This document shows positions 28,716-37,477 of a stretch of 64,000 nt of DNA, in pieces (the stretch's first letter is position 1; the number at the start of each line of letters is the position of its first letter). The notes under the pieces were generated by a model. The model did no database searches, had not been told where the DNA came from, and saw only the letters and a program-made list of their open reading frames with translations. The DNA is from Nitrospirota bacterium (lineage in GTDB: Bacteria; Nitrospirota; UBA9217), in NCBI GenBank assembly GCA_035625205.1, contig DASPQB010000113.1, positions 13,078-77,077 of the forward strand. The letters are read 5' to 3'. The translations under genes were made by a program, and so were the position numbers.

Positions 28716-30098
28716 ATGGACTTCATCAAAATCATTTTGTTTTCTCGGCAACTTCTGAAAAAAAGAGCGTATTTTGCTGTAACATTGCTCATCGTGGCAG
28801 CCTGTGACACAGCGTCAGCTGAAACTGCGGCTGAACCTTCCTGGGCGCCCCAATTACTGGGGTTGCAAGCAACGATAATCTATCAGAACATGCCGCCGTT
28901 TCCAAGCCCCTATGAAGGACCGCACAGCCTGACGTTTGAACACGGCGAAGGACAGGGGCATACCGAAACGTATGGCGTCTACCTGGGCTCCCAGGTAGCC
29001 CCGACGCTCCAGGCCTACCTTGATATTGAACAGGCCCGCGGTAATGGGATCAGCAACGCCCTTGGGTTGGGCGGCATCACGGACGGTGATGTGATCAGGC
29101 AGGGTTCGGTTGATTTGGGACAGAACCCGTATATCGCGCGATTCTTCTTTCGCTACCTCGTTCCCTTGTCGCAGGGAAAAGATCCTGTAGCCACCCGGGG
29201 CATGGATCAGCTCCCCGGAAATGAGCCCGGGAGGAGGGTGGAGATGAAGATCGGGTTAATAGCTGCAACGGATGATTTCGATCTCAACCGCTACGCCAAC
29301 AATACGCGGACCCAATTTATGAACTGGGGGCTCATCAACAACACCGCGTGGGATTTTGCCGCAGACACCCGTGGGTATAGCTACGGTTTCGTTGTTGCTT
29401 TAGTCGAGCCGTCCTGGAGATTGGCGTTCGGCAGCTACCAAATGCCGACCATGGCCAACGGCAATACCTTTGATGGCCATATCGGACAGGCTCGTGGCGA
29501 TAACCTGGAACTCACGCTCAGGCCGAATCAGCAGGGCACGGTCCTTCGTTTTCTCGCCTACCGTAATCTTGCACGCATGGGAGATTATGCGGAAGCGATT
29601 GCGATAGGCGACGCAAGTTCTAGAACGCCGGACATTGCCGGGGATGACCGCCTCGGACGTTCAAAATACGGTTTTGGCATAAATCTAGAGCAGCCGCTCG
29701 CAGATGACGGCGAAACGGGGTTTTTTGCGAGGCTCGGCTGGAACGACGGCCATACGGAAGATTTTGCATTTACGGAAGTTGACCGGCACGTGAGCGCCGG
29801 CGTACAGGTGAGCGGTCTGCATTGGAGCCGGACGGACGACCGTTTAGGAGTCGCGTATGTATGGCACGGGATATCACCGGAGCATCGCGATTATCTGGCT
29901 GCAGGCGGCACTGGATTTATGCTCGGTGACGGCAAGCTCAACTATGGATTAGAACAGATCCTTGAAACTTATTACCGCGTTCAGCTTGGTCGATACGCAC
30001 AGCTAACCCCTGATTTTCAATACATACAGAATCCCGGCTATAACCGAGACCGAGGGCCCGTTGAAGTATATTCTCTGCGCGTTCGCCTTAGCTATTAA
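28716..30098 (+). CDS. OprB-family (carbohydrate-selective-porin-like) outer-membrane porin; MnoP-like by context.
   Basis: A GGAGG RBS precedes ATG 28716. Signal peptide MDFIKIILFSRQLLKKRAYFAVTLLIVAACDTASA. The body is OprB-like and ends with an aromatic C-terminal residue (..RVRLSY). The longer track ORF from 28500 lacks a signal peptide. Confidence 0.8.
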   Translation: MDFIKIILFSRQLLKKRAYFAVTLLIVAACDTASAETAAEPSWAPQLLGLQATIIYQNMPPFPSPYEGPHSLTFEHGEGQGHTETYGVYLGSQVAPTLQAYLDIEQARGNGISNALGLGGITDGDVIRQGSVDLGQNPYIARFFFRYLVPLSQGKDPVATRGMDQLPGNEPGRRVEMKIGLIAATDDFDLNRYANNTRTQFMNWGLINNTAWDFAADTRGYSYGFVVALVEPSWRLAFGSYQMPTMANGNTFDGHIGQARGDNLELTLRPNQQGTVLRFLAYRNLARMGDYAEAIAIGDASSRTPDIAGDDRLGRSKYGFGINLEQPLADDGETGFFARLGWNDGHTEDFAFTEVDRHVSAGVQVSGLHWSRTDDRLGVAYVWHGISPEHRDYLAAGGTGFMLGDGKLNYGLEQILETYYRVQLGRYAQLTPDFQYIQNPGYNRDRGPVEVYSLRVRLSY

Positions 30099-30121
30099 AT
30101 TATCGGGAAGGAGGATATTCA

Positions 30122-31393
30122 GTGAATATTTTTGCACGGCTTTATTACCGATACCGTAGGATGTCTAAGGCGATGCGGCTTTTTTTGCTTACCGCGGGCC
30201 CCGGAATTATCGTGATGGTTGCTGATAACGATGCCGGAGGGATCACGACTTACACTGCGACCGGCGCCAAATACGGGATGCACCTTTTGTGGTTTCTGAT
30301 TCTTCTGGGTCCTGTGGCTTATTATGTTCAGGAGATGACCGTACGCCTGGGCGCGGTCACCAAACGAGGACACGCAGAGGCCATCTTCTCGGCTTTCGGC
30401 CGTGTTTGGGGTTGGTTTTCTTTGCTGGACCTGGTTATGACCGACTGGCTGACTATGATCACCGAGTTCATCGGTATGACCGCGGCTTTGAGCATCTTCC
30501 ACATTCCCCCTGTTATAACGGTCGTGATCTGCTGGATTATCATGGGTGCCATGATCTCTACTGGTCGATACTGGACCTGGGAGAAAATCGCACTTTTATT
30601 CTGCGGTATCAATCTTATCTACATTCCGGCGGCGTTCATGGTGCACCCTTCGGTGAAGGACATTGCCTTTAACAGCACGGTTCCGCATTTTCCGCCGGGC
30701 GGCTTTACGAACGAGCTGTTCTTCCTCCTAATGGCCAATATCGGGACGACTATCGCACCGTGGATGCTGTTCTTCCAGCAGAGCTCGGTCGTGGACAAGG
30801 GTCTTCATGAGAAGGACATCAAGTTCGGGAAGATCGACACGGCGATTGGCGCGGTTCTGACAGTCGTTGTAGCGATGGTTTTAATAATCGTTTGCGGTAT
30901 ACTGCTTAATGGCGTGCCGGTGGATGATGCCGCGGTAGCGGCCAGACAGATCATGCCCCAAAGCAGCATCATCGGCACATTGATAGCAATAGGTCTTTTT
31001 GATGCAGGGCTGCTCGGCGCGATCTGCATTTCGCTTGCCAGTTCGTGGGCTTTTGGGGAAGTCTTCGGTTGGGCCCACTCGCTGAACGATAACGTCAGGG
31101 AAGCGCCATGGTTTTATGCCTATTATATCTTTGACCTGCTGCTTGCCGGAACTGTCGTGCTCATTCCGGGCGCGCCTCTCGTCCTGATCACGCTCTTTGT
31201 CCAGGTGATAGCGACAACCTTGCTGCCTGCCGCGTTAGTCTTTCTGATTCTGCTTCTGAACGACAAAAAGACGATGGGTGAGTATGTCAATACGCGGTGG
31301 CAGAACATCATTAATATCAGCATTGTCGCCATGGTTATTGCGCTTTCCACGATGTATGGCCTCAGCACCCTCTTTCCAGGTATGTTTAATTAG
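30122..31393 (+). CDS. NRAMP-family divalent metal (Mn2+/Fe2+) transporter (MntH-like).
   Basis: GTG start with GGAGG RBS. The translation ...LLTAGPGIIVMVADNDAGGITTYTATGAKYG... is characteristic of the NRAMP/MntH fold. About 11 TM segments. Confidence 0.88.
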   Translation: MNIFARLYYRYRRMSKAMRLFLLTAGPGIIVMVADNDAGGITTYTATGAKYGMHLLWFLILLGPVAYYVQEMTVRLGAVTKRGHAEAIFSAFGRVWGWFSLLDLVMTDWLTMITEFIGMTAALSIFHIPPVITVVICWIIMGAMISTGRYWTWEKIALLFCGINLIYIPAAFMVHPSVKDIAFNSTVPHFPPGGFTNELFFLLMANIGTTIAPWMLFFQQSSVVDKGLHEKDIKFGKIDTAIGAVLTVVVAMVLIIVCGILLNGVPVDDAAVAARQIMPQSSIIGTLIAIGLFDAGLLGAICISLASSWAFGEVFGWAHSLNDNVREAPWFYAYYIFDLLLAGTVVLIPGAPLVLITLFVQVIATTLLPAALVFLILLLNDKKTMGEYVNTRWQNIINISIVAMVIALSTMYGLSTLFPGMFN

Positions 31394-31408
31394 TCAAGGA
31401 GATTAGTC

Positions 31409-31585
31409 ATGATAAAGAATTTTTTCAATCACAGTTATGCGAAAATCCGCGAAATTAATAAAAAATACGAGACTCCCAGCATCGAGATGTCCAAGTGGGT
31501 AAAGTTCTCACTGTTGTTATTACGCCTCTATCTTTTTACTCTGATAGGCTTAATGCTATACAAATTCATTTCATTGCTAAAATAA
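31409..31585 (+). CDS. Candidate 58-aa membrane peptide between the NRAMP and MgtE_N/CBS genes (below ORF-track size cut-off).
   Basis: An AAGGAG RBS sits 7 nt before ATG 31409. The translation MIKNFFNHSYAKIREINKKYETPSIEMSKWVKFSLLLLRLYLFTLIGLMLYKFISLLK has one C-terminal TM helix. It is tightly packed between its neighbours. Confidence 0.4.
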   Translation: MIKNFFNHSYAKIREINKKYETPSIEMSKWVKFSLLLLRLYLFTLIGLMLYKFISLLK

Positions 31586-31597
31586 CGGGAGGGCCCC

Positions 31598-32875
31598 ATG
31601 AACACCCCGATCGGAAAGAAGCCAGAAAACATCGAAGCCGCGTATTACCTGAGCGATCTTATCGGTACCAAAGTTCTTAATGGCGATAAGAAAATAGGAA
31701 AACTCCGGGATATCGTCATTATTGAACAGGGAAAGCTCCCTGTCGTGACTCATTTTATGGTTCAACGGCCCTTTGGCCGTAAATCGCTCATGGTTCCCTG
31801 GGAGCGTGTGGTGGCTGTTAACGCAAGGCGGATCATGGTCGATCTCGAGGTCATAGAGCCTTTTGAGGGAGAACCTACGGAATCGCAGGTACTTTTGAAC
31901 GATCATATCGTGGACAAAAAGGTTCTTGATATGGACGACAACGAGGTCGATGTAGTATATGACATCAAACTGGCATTACGTAATCGAGTGATGTATGTAA
32001 CTGATGTTGACTTCAGCAAACACGCTCTGTTTAAGAGGCTTGGCCTCAAACCGCTCATGAAACTGTTGTTTGGCGATTCCGACTTCATCAAAAAGGATAC
32101 GCTCTCCTGGTCCTATGTCCAGCCGTTGCCAAAGCATATCGGCAGCTTTAATGGCGATGTGAAACTCACGGTCCTGAAGGAGAAGCTTCTGGAGATTCCC
32201 CCGGTCGATCTCGCGGACATCCTGGAGGAACTGAGCGGAGAGCAACGGCTTGCCATCTTTAATCAACTGGAAACCGAGCATGCGTCGGATACTCTGGAAG
32301 AAATCGAACCGCGGGTTCAGCGCCAGATCATCTCTTCTATCAAAAGGGATCGGGCTGCGGAACTGATTAATGCCATGACCCCTGCACAGGCGGCTGATAT
32401 TATAGCCATCCTTCCCGGTTCAGAAGCCGACGAAATTCTTAAGCTGATAGATAAGGAAAATGCCGAAAAGATTCACTACATGCTGGACAAGCAGGACGAG
32501 AAGATCATAAACTTCACGACGTCGCATTTTATCAAGCTTCCGCCCCATACGCGAGTGAGCCGGGTTCTCGAACAGTTTCGCGAGATCGCGCGGGACATGG
32601 ACGAGATCATGTACCTTTACATTGTCGATGAAAAAAACACTTTGCTGGGCGTGGTAGATATCAAAGAAGTGTTAAAGGCCAATGGTGACGATACACTGGC
32701 CGATATCATGACGACGAACGTCATCGACTTGAATCCGGAAAATACACTCCTTGAAGCCGCCGAAATGTTCTCAAGATACAGCTTCCGGGCTATTCCCGTG
32801 ACTGATGAGAATAAGATCATTCTGGGTCTGATCCCTTATCGCGACATTATGAACCTGAAGCATCGATTCATTTGA
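31598..32875 (+). CDS. Soluble PRC-barrel / MgtE-N-terminal-domain / tandem-CBS protein (no membrane domain).
   Basis: PRC-barrel-like N-terminus (LSDLIGTKVLNGDKKIGKLRDIVIIEQG). MgtE_N-like middle (PVDLADILEELSGEQRLAIFNQLETEHASDTLEEIEP...AADIIAILPGSEADEILKLIDKENAEKI). Two CBS-like motifs near the C-terminus. No hydrophobic segments. Confidence 0.75.
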   Translation: MNTPIGKKPENIEAAYYLSDLIGTKVLNGDKKIGKLRDIVIIEQGKLPVVTHFMVQRPFGRKSLMVPWERVVAVNARRIMVDLEVIEPFEGEPTESQVLLNDHIVDKKVLDMDDNEVDVVYDIKLALRNRVMYVTDVDFSKHALFKRLGLKPLMKLLFGDSDFIKKDTLSWSYVQPLPKHIGSFNGDVKLTVLKEKLLEIPPVDLADILEELSGEQRLAIFNQLETEHASDTLEEIEPRVQRQIISSIKRDRAAELINAMTPAQAADIIAILPGSEADEILKLIDKENAEKIHYMLDKQDEKIINFTTSHFIKLPPHTRVSRVLEQFREIARDMDEIMYLYIVDEKNTLLGVVDIKEVLKANGDDTLADIMTTNVIDLNPENTLLEAAEMFSRYSFRAIPVTDENKIILGLIPYRDIMNLKHRFI

Positions 32876-33350
32876 CATCCTCCCCGGCCTGAAGGAGCCA
32901 AGGATTCCCGAATCAGGCCCTACTACTGAGAACCACTGTTGATTCTGTTTTCGGATGCGGCAGAGCGCCCATATACAATGGGCTCAACTAGAGCGGCGCA
33001 AACCTCGGTGTATTTCCTGATTAGCGGTCCATTGACTACGGTATGCAGAAGTGGTAACGTATTCAGGATTTTGATTCTTGATATCACTCCCTTACGCCGG
33101 CAGTGGAAAGTCACCTGCTGCGCCGGACAGTCGTGAGGTGACGTTGCATGCTAGTTAGCCTTTCTGTTATTTAGCAGGCCAGTGAGAACCGTCTCAGCGA
33201 GCTAAGCGAAATAATCTCGGCTTTAAAGAAATCACATGTGTCATATTGCCACCTCGCAAAGGACGCTCCCTCGCAATGACAATTTGAGGGTTTAACAGTG
33301 ACACCACTTCTGGCCTACTAGTTTATCGTCATCGGTATAGGATTGTTCAT

Positions 33351-34037
33351 ATGAGCGTGCGTTGTTTGATCATAGAGGACGAAGCGGATACTGCTCGCTT
33401 TATCTGCAATGGCCTCAAGGAAGCGGGTTATACCGTAACGTGGTGCAGGAAAAGCGTGGAGGGACTCGATATTGCCACCAGTGAACAATGGGACATCATC
33501 ATCCTCGACCGAATGCTGCCGGGAAACATAGATGGACTTTCGATTGTCAAAACCCTGAGGGAACTCGGTAAAACGACCCCTGTTCTGATCCTAAGCGCCT
33601 TGGCAAGTCTGGACGAACGTGTGCGCGGGCTGCACGAGGGCGGCGATGATTATCTCACCAAGCCCTTTGCCTTTGCCGAATTGTTCGCACGGGTAGAGGC
33701 GCTTACTCGCAGAGCCAAGCTGTCGGAGGACGTTGGAGAGTTGCGGATCGCCGATCTTACACTCGATCTGCGGGCGCGCAAAGTTGAGCGCGGGGGGAAG
33801 CCGATCCCCCTCCAACCCCGTGAATTTCGGTTGCTCGAATACCTGGTTAGGCACCAGGATCAAATTGTCACGCGCACGATGCTGTTGGAGTCTGTCTGGG
33901 AATATCGCTTCGATCCCCAGACGAATGTGATCGATGTCCAGATCAGCCGCCTGCGCAGCAAGATTGATAAGGGTTTCTCGCCTCCACTTCTGCACACGGT
34001 ACGTGGTGCTGGCTATATGGTGAGTGACCATGACTAA
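33351..34037 (+). CDS. OmpR-family response regulator (REC + winged-helix).
   Basis: 228 aa. REC stretches ...IIILDRMLPG... and ...YLTKPF.... C-terminal ...LLEYLVRHQDQIVTRTMLLESVWEY...VIDVQISRLRSKID.... Confidence 0.9.
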   Translation: MSVRCLIIEDEADTARFICNGLKEAGYTVTWCRKSVEGLDIATSEQWDIIILDRMLPGNIDGLSIVKTLRELGKTTPVLILSALASLDERVRGLHEGGDDYLTKPFAFAELFARVEALTRRAKLSEDVGELRIADLTLDLRARKVERGGKPIPLQPREFRLLEYLVRHQDQIVTRTMLLESVWEYRFDPQTNVIDVQISRLRSKIDKGFSPPLLHTVRGAGYMVSDHD

Positions 34038-35391
34038 GCTCTGGAGGTCGGTCGCATTTCGCCTGGCGCTCTTTTGCGGTGTGCTCGTCATCGGTTCAAC
34101 TGCTGTTTTTTCCGCTATTTTTTACTTCGGGACCATCAGAAAGCTGGACCAGCAGGTCAACCAGAAAATAGCGTCCATCACAGAACGGCTTGCAACGAAT
34201 TTCGAAGCCAGGGGATTTGAGTCGCTGCAGCGGGAAATACAAAGTCTCCTTACCGACAAGTTCGATGTCGATACAGAGATTTATTTCCTCGTCGGACCCG
34301 ATGGACAACAAGTCGTCGGCAATCTGTCGGACTGGAAAGAGACTGCAGCACCGTTTGATGAACCGATCAATCGGGAAGTCATTCGCGACGGACTCCCTTC
34401 GTCGGCCCGGCTGGTGCTGCACAAACTGCCGAATGGCGCCGTCCTTATCGTCGGTCGCGACATGAAGGATCTGAACGGTATCGCGACGCTAATATGGCAC
34501 ACCATTGGTTTCGGCAGCGTCTCTGCCTTGGTGTTGGCCATTGGCGGCACAATCCTCTTTCGTTATCTGCTGGAACGCCGCGTCGGTGCGATCCGTCAAA
34601 CAGTCGAGGAAATCGAGGCAGGGAATCTGGCTAAACGAATACCTGTTTCCGGCGTCGAGGATGAATTTGCCCGCCTGAGCGACGACATGAACCGTATGCT
34701 CGATAGAATCGAGCACTTGATGGATGGTGTTAGGCACGTTTCCAACACGATTGCGCACAACGTGCGAACTCCTCTTGGCCAAATCCGCGGGCACCTCGAC
34801 GAGTCGCTTCGTGCAGGTGCCAATGCATCACGGCTTGCCGAGGCAGCTGAATTCTCTATAGCGCAAGTTGATGGCTTGACAAGTGTTCTTGACAAGCTTC
34901 TTCAGATCGCTGAATCTGAATCCGGCACACGGCGCCAGCCCTTCAAACCCGTGATCTTGCGCGAGGTGGTCACCACGGTCGTCGAACTCTATGATGCCAT
35001 AGCAGAGGCGCAAGGCATCGTTCTGACTACAAACATCGAAGGCGACCCGAAGACAATCGGAGACAAGGACCTTCTGGTGAGCGCGCTTGCCAACCTACTC
35101 GATAATGCGCTCAAATACGGGGGACGTTCTGTGACAGTCTGTGTGCGCGAAACACCGGAGGCGGGAACTGTTTCACTCGTGGTTCAGGACGACGGGCCTG
35201 GGATTCCGCCTGAGGAGCAGCCCAAGGTGATCCAGCGCTTCTACCGTCTTGATCAGAGAGTACCCGGCACGGGCCTCGGTCTTTCGATCGTGGCCGCCAT
35301 TGCTCATCTTCATGAAGCTGCGCTCCACCTGGAGGATGCCGGTCCGGGACTTCTGGCCCGCATTGTCCTGCCCCTCTGCGTCTCAATCTGA
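34024..35391 (+). CDS. Sensor histidine kinase (2 TM, HAMP, HisKA, HATPase_c).
   Basis: Its start overlaps the stop of the regulator gene. H-box HNVRTPLGQIRGHLD. N-box ...LLDNALKYG.... G-boxes DDGPGIP and GTGLGLSIV. Confidence 0.9.
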   Translation: MTMTKLWRSVAFRLALFCGVLVIGSTAVFSAIFYFGTIRKLDQQVNQKIASITERLATNFEARGFESLQREIQSLLTDKFDVDTEIYFLVGPDGQQVVGNLSDWKETAAPFDEPINREVIRDGLPSSARLVLHKLPNGAVLIVGRDMKDLNGIATLIWHTIGFGSVSALVLAIGGTILFRYLLERRVGAIRQTVEEIEAGNLAKRIPVSGVEDEFARLSDDMNRMLDRIEHLMDGVRHVSNTIAHNVRTPLGQIRGHLDESLRAGANASRLAEAAEFSIAQVDGLTSVLDKLLQIAESESGTRRQPFKPVILREVVTTVVELYDAIAEAQGIVLTTNIEGDPKTIGDKDLLVSALANLLDNALKYGGRSVTVCVRETPEAGTVSLVVQDDGPGIPPEEQPKVIQRFYRLDQRVPGTGLGLSIVAAIAHLHEAALHLEDAGPGLLARIVLPLCVSI

Positions 35392-35658
35392 TTCTACAAG
35401 CGAACTTATTCTGTCCAGTCCACGGCCTTCATCCGTAATTCAGCCGCTTCTCAAACCTTTTCTCAACCTTTCCAAATGGTAATCTAACGGAAATAGTCCT
35501 GTAATGTTCTGGCTGGTATTATAACATCAGGTTTGTGTTACGCGTTAAAATCAAGATGAGATAGCATTTTTACGGGGCCAAAGGCAATAAATTCGGACTT
35601 CCTGACGTCGCGATGCCAGGAGATGTGAATTTCTTAACCGGCCAGAGAAGCTAAGTCT

Positions 35659-36345
35659 ATGAGCATGCATTGTTTGATTATAGAAAATGAAGCGGATACC
35701 GAACGTTTTATACGCACCGGTCTCAGGGAAGTTGGTTATATAGTTACTTCGTGCAGGGAAAGTGCGGAAGGTTTGCATTATGCCACCTCCAGACAATGGG
35801 ATATAATAATTCTTGACAGAATGTTGCCGGGCAACGTCGACGGCATGTTTATCGTCAAGACGTTGAGAGCATTGGGAAAAACTACTCCGGTTCTGATTCT
35901 ATGCTCCCTCACAAGTTGGGACGAGCGTGTCCGCAGCCTGCGTGAGGGCGGCAATGATTACCTCACCAAGCCATTCCCCTTCTCTGAATTGTTGGCACGA
36001 GTGGATGGCTTGACTCGGCGGTCCAAGCTCTTGGAGGACGTGGGAGAGCTGAGGGTGGCAGATCTCAAACTGGACTTGCGGACGCGCAGGGTAGAGCGCA
36101 AAGGTAAACCGATCTTCCTGCAGCCCCGCGAATTTCGCTTGCTCGAATATCTGGTCATGCATGAGGATCAAATCGTCACGCGGACGATGCTGCTGGAATC
36201 AGTCTGGGACTATCATTTTATCGATCGGCCTAACGTCATTGATGTCCAGATTAGCCGTCTGAGGAGCAAAATTGACAAGGGTTTCTCTCCGCCGCTTGTG
36301 CACACGATACGCGGCGCGGGCTATATGGTAAGCGAGGATTGCTAG
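35659..36345 (+). CDS. Second OmpR-family response regulator, a paralogue of 33351..34037 (about 70% identical), with no kinase immediately downstream.
   Basis: The translation MSMHCLIIENEADTERFIRTGLREVGY...LLEYLVMHEDQIVTRTMLLESVWDY...VIDVQISRLRSKIDKGFSPPLVHTIRGAGYMVSEDC matches the first regulator almost residue for residue. Confidence 0.9.
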   Translation: MSMHCLIIENEADTERFIRTGLREVGYIVTSCRESAEGLHYATSRQWDIIILDRMLPGNVDGMFIVKTLRALGKTTPVLILCSLTSWDERVRSLREGGNDYLTKPFPFSELLARVDGLTRRSKLLEDVGELRVADLKLDLRTRRVERKGKPIFLQPREFRLLEYLVMHEDQIVTRTMLLESVWDYHFIDRPNVIDVQISRLRSKIDKGFSPPLVHTIRGAGYMVSEDC

Positions 36346-36437
36346 CAATTGAATCAAACATTCGGACGACATCCTTGCATGAGCTTAAATGAATTAAAAC
36401 TCTGGAAAGTCAGTTAGTTCTCTAACGAGGTAGATCC

Positions 36438-37475
36438 ATGCGATTCAAGGGAAGTAATCTATTGGGCTTGGGTGCAGTGATATTACTCGCCTTCCTGACC
36501 GGCGTATATTTCGCTAAAAGTTCTGATATGCCACTGAAATCAGGGTTTGGCTCCGGGCAGGAAAATGTTGCAGAAGGACAGACGCCATCTGATCTGTCTT
36601 CGAGCCGCGAATCAGACGAACCTCTCGCTTCCCAAAGCTTAACATTGGGAGAGACACAGCTCAAATCCATCAAGGTCGCACCGGTCGGAAAGCATCCCTT
36701 CGCGGTTGAGCGGGAAGCGGTTGGAAGCATCGATTTCGATGAAGATCTTTCGGTTGTCCAGGCTGAATCCGCCTTGATCGGCGCTGCGGCGACCTTCGAA
36801 GTGACCAGCAAGGAACTTGCGCGCGCCAAGGCCCTTTACGCGACCAATGTTGGCGTGTCGCAAAAGGAGCTGGATCAGGCCATTTCCGATAAGCAAACCG
36901 CCGAGGGCGCCTTCAAAGCCGCACACGATGCAGTCCGCGTCCTTGGCAAGACGGAGACCGAAATTGATCACATGATCGCATCGGGCAAGATTGAACCTGC
37001 CCTGGTCAGCCGGGTAGCCGTTGCGTATGTCTCCGAAAGCGATACGCCGCTTCTTCATGTAGGGCAGCCGGTTACCGTCAAGGTCATGGCCTATCCTGAC
37101 CGCGTGTTTGAAGGTAAAGTCACGAAGATATACGCGGTCGTTGAACCGGATACCCATAGAACCAAGATCCGCGCCAAAATTGCTGATCGCAAGAATGAGC
37201 TGCGTCCCGGAATGCTGATCAGTGTCATGATTCGAATTCAAGAACCCGTGGAAGCCAACGCGATACCGGTCACTGGCGTGGTCCGCGAAGGCGATGGTAC
37301 GATGACGGTATGGTTCACTACCGACCGCCATCGCTTCATACGAAAACCGGTCAAGCTCGGTCTGCAAAAAGACGGCTGGTATCAGATAGTCGAAGGTCTG
37401 CAGCCAGGCGAACTGGTCGTTACTGAAGGCGGCATATTCCTCAGCAACATGTTGGAAGCGCCGCCAACTGATTAG
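36438..37475 (+). CDS. Efflux RND periplasmic adaptor subunit (membrane-fusion protein, CzcB/CusB-like).
   Basis: 345 aa with an N-terminal TM anchor. Biotinyl-lipoyl-like and beta-barrel stretches (..GKVTKIYAVVEPDTHRTKIRAKIADRKNELRPGMLISVMI..). Immediately followed by the pump gene. Confidence 0.88.
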   Translation: MRFKGSNLLGLGAVILLAFLTGVYFAKSSDMPLKSGFGSGQENVAEGQTPSDLSSSRESDEPLASQSLTLGETQLKSIKVAPVGKHPFAVEREAVGSIDFDEDLSVVQAESALIGAAATFEVTSKELARAKALYATNVGVSQKELDQAISDKQTAEGAFKAAHDAVRVLGKTETEIDHMIASGKIEPALVSRVAVAYVSESDTPLLHVGQPVTVKVMAYPDRVFEGKVTKIYAVVEPDTHRTKIRAKIADRKNELRPGMLISVMIRIQEPVEANAIPVTGVVREGDGTMTVWFTTDRHRFIRKPVKLGLQKDGWYQIVEGLQPGELVVTEGGIFLSNMLEAPPTD

Positions 37476-37477
37476 CC

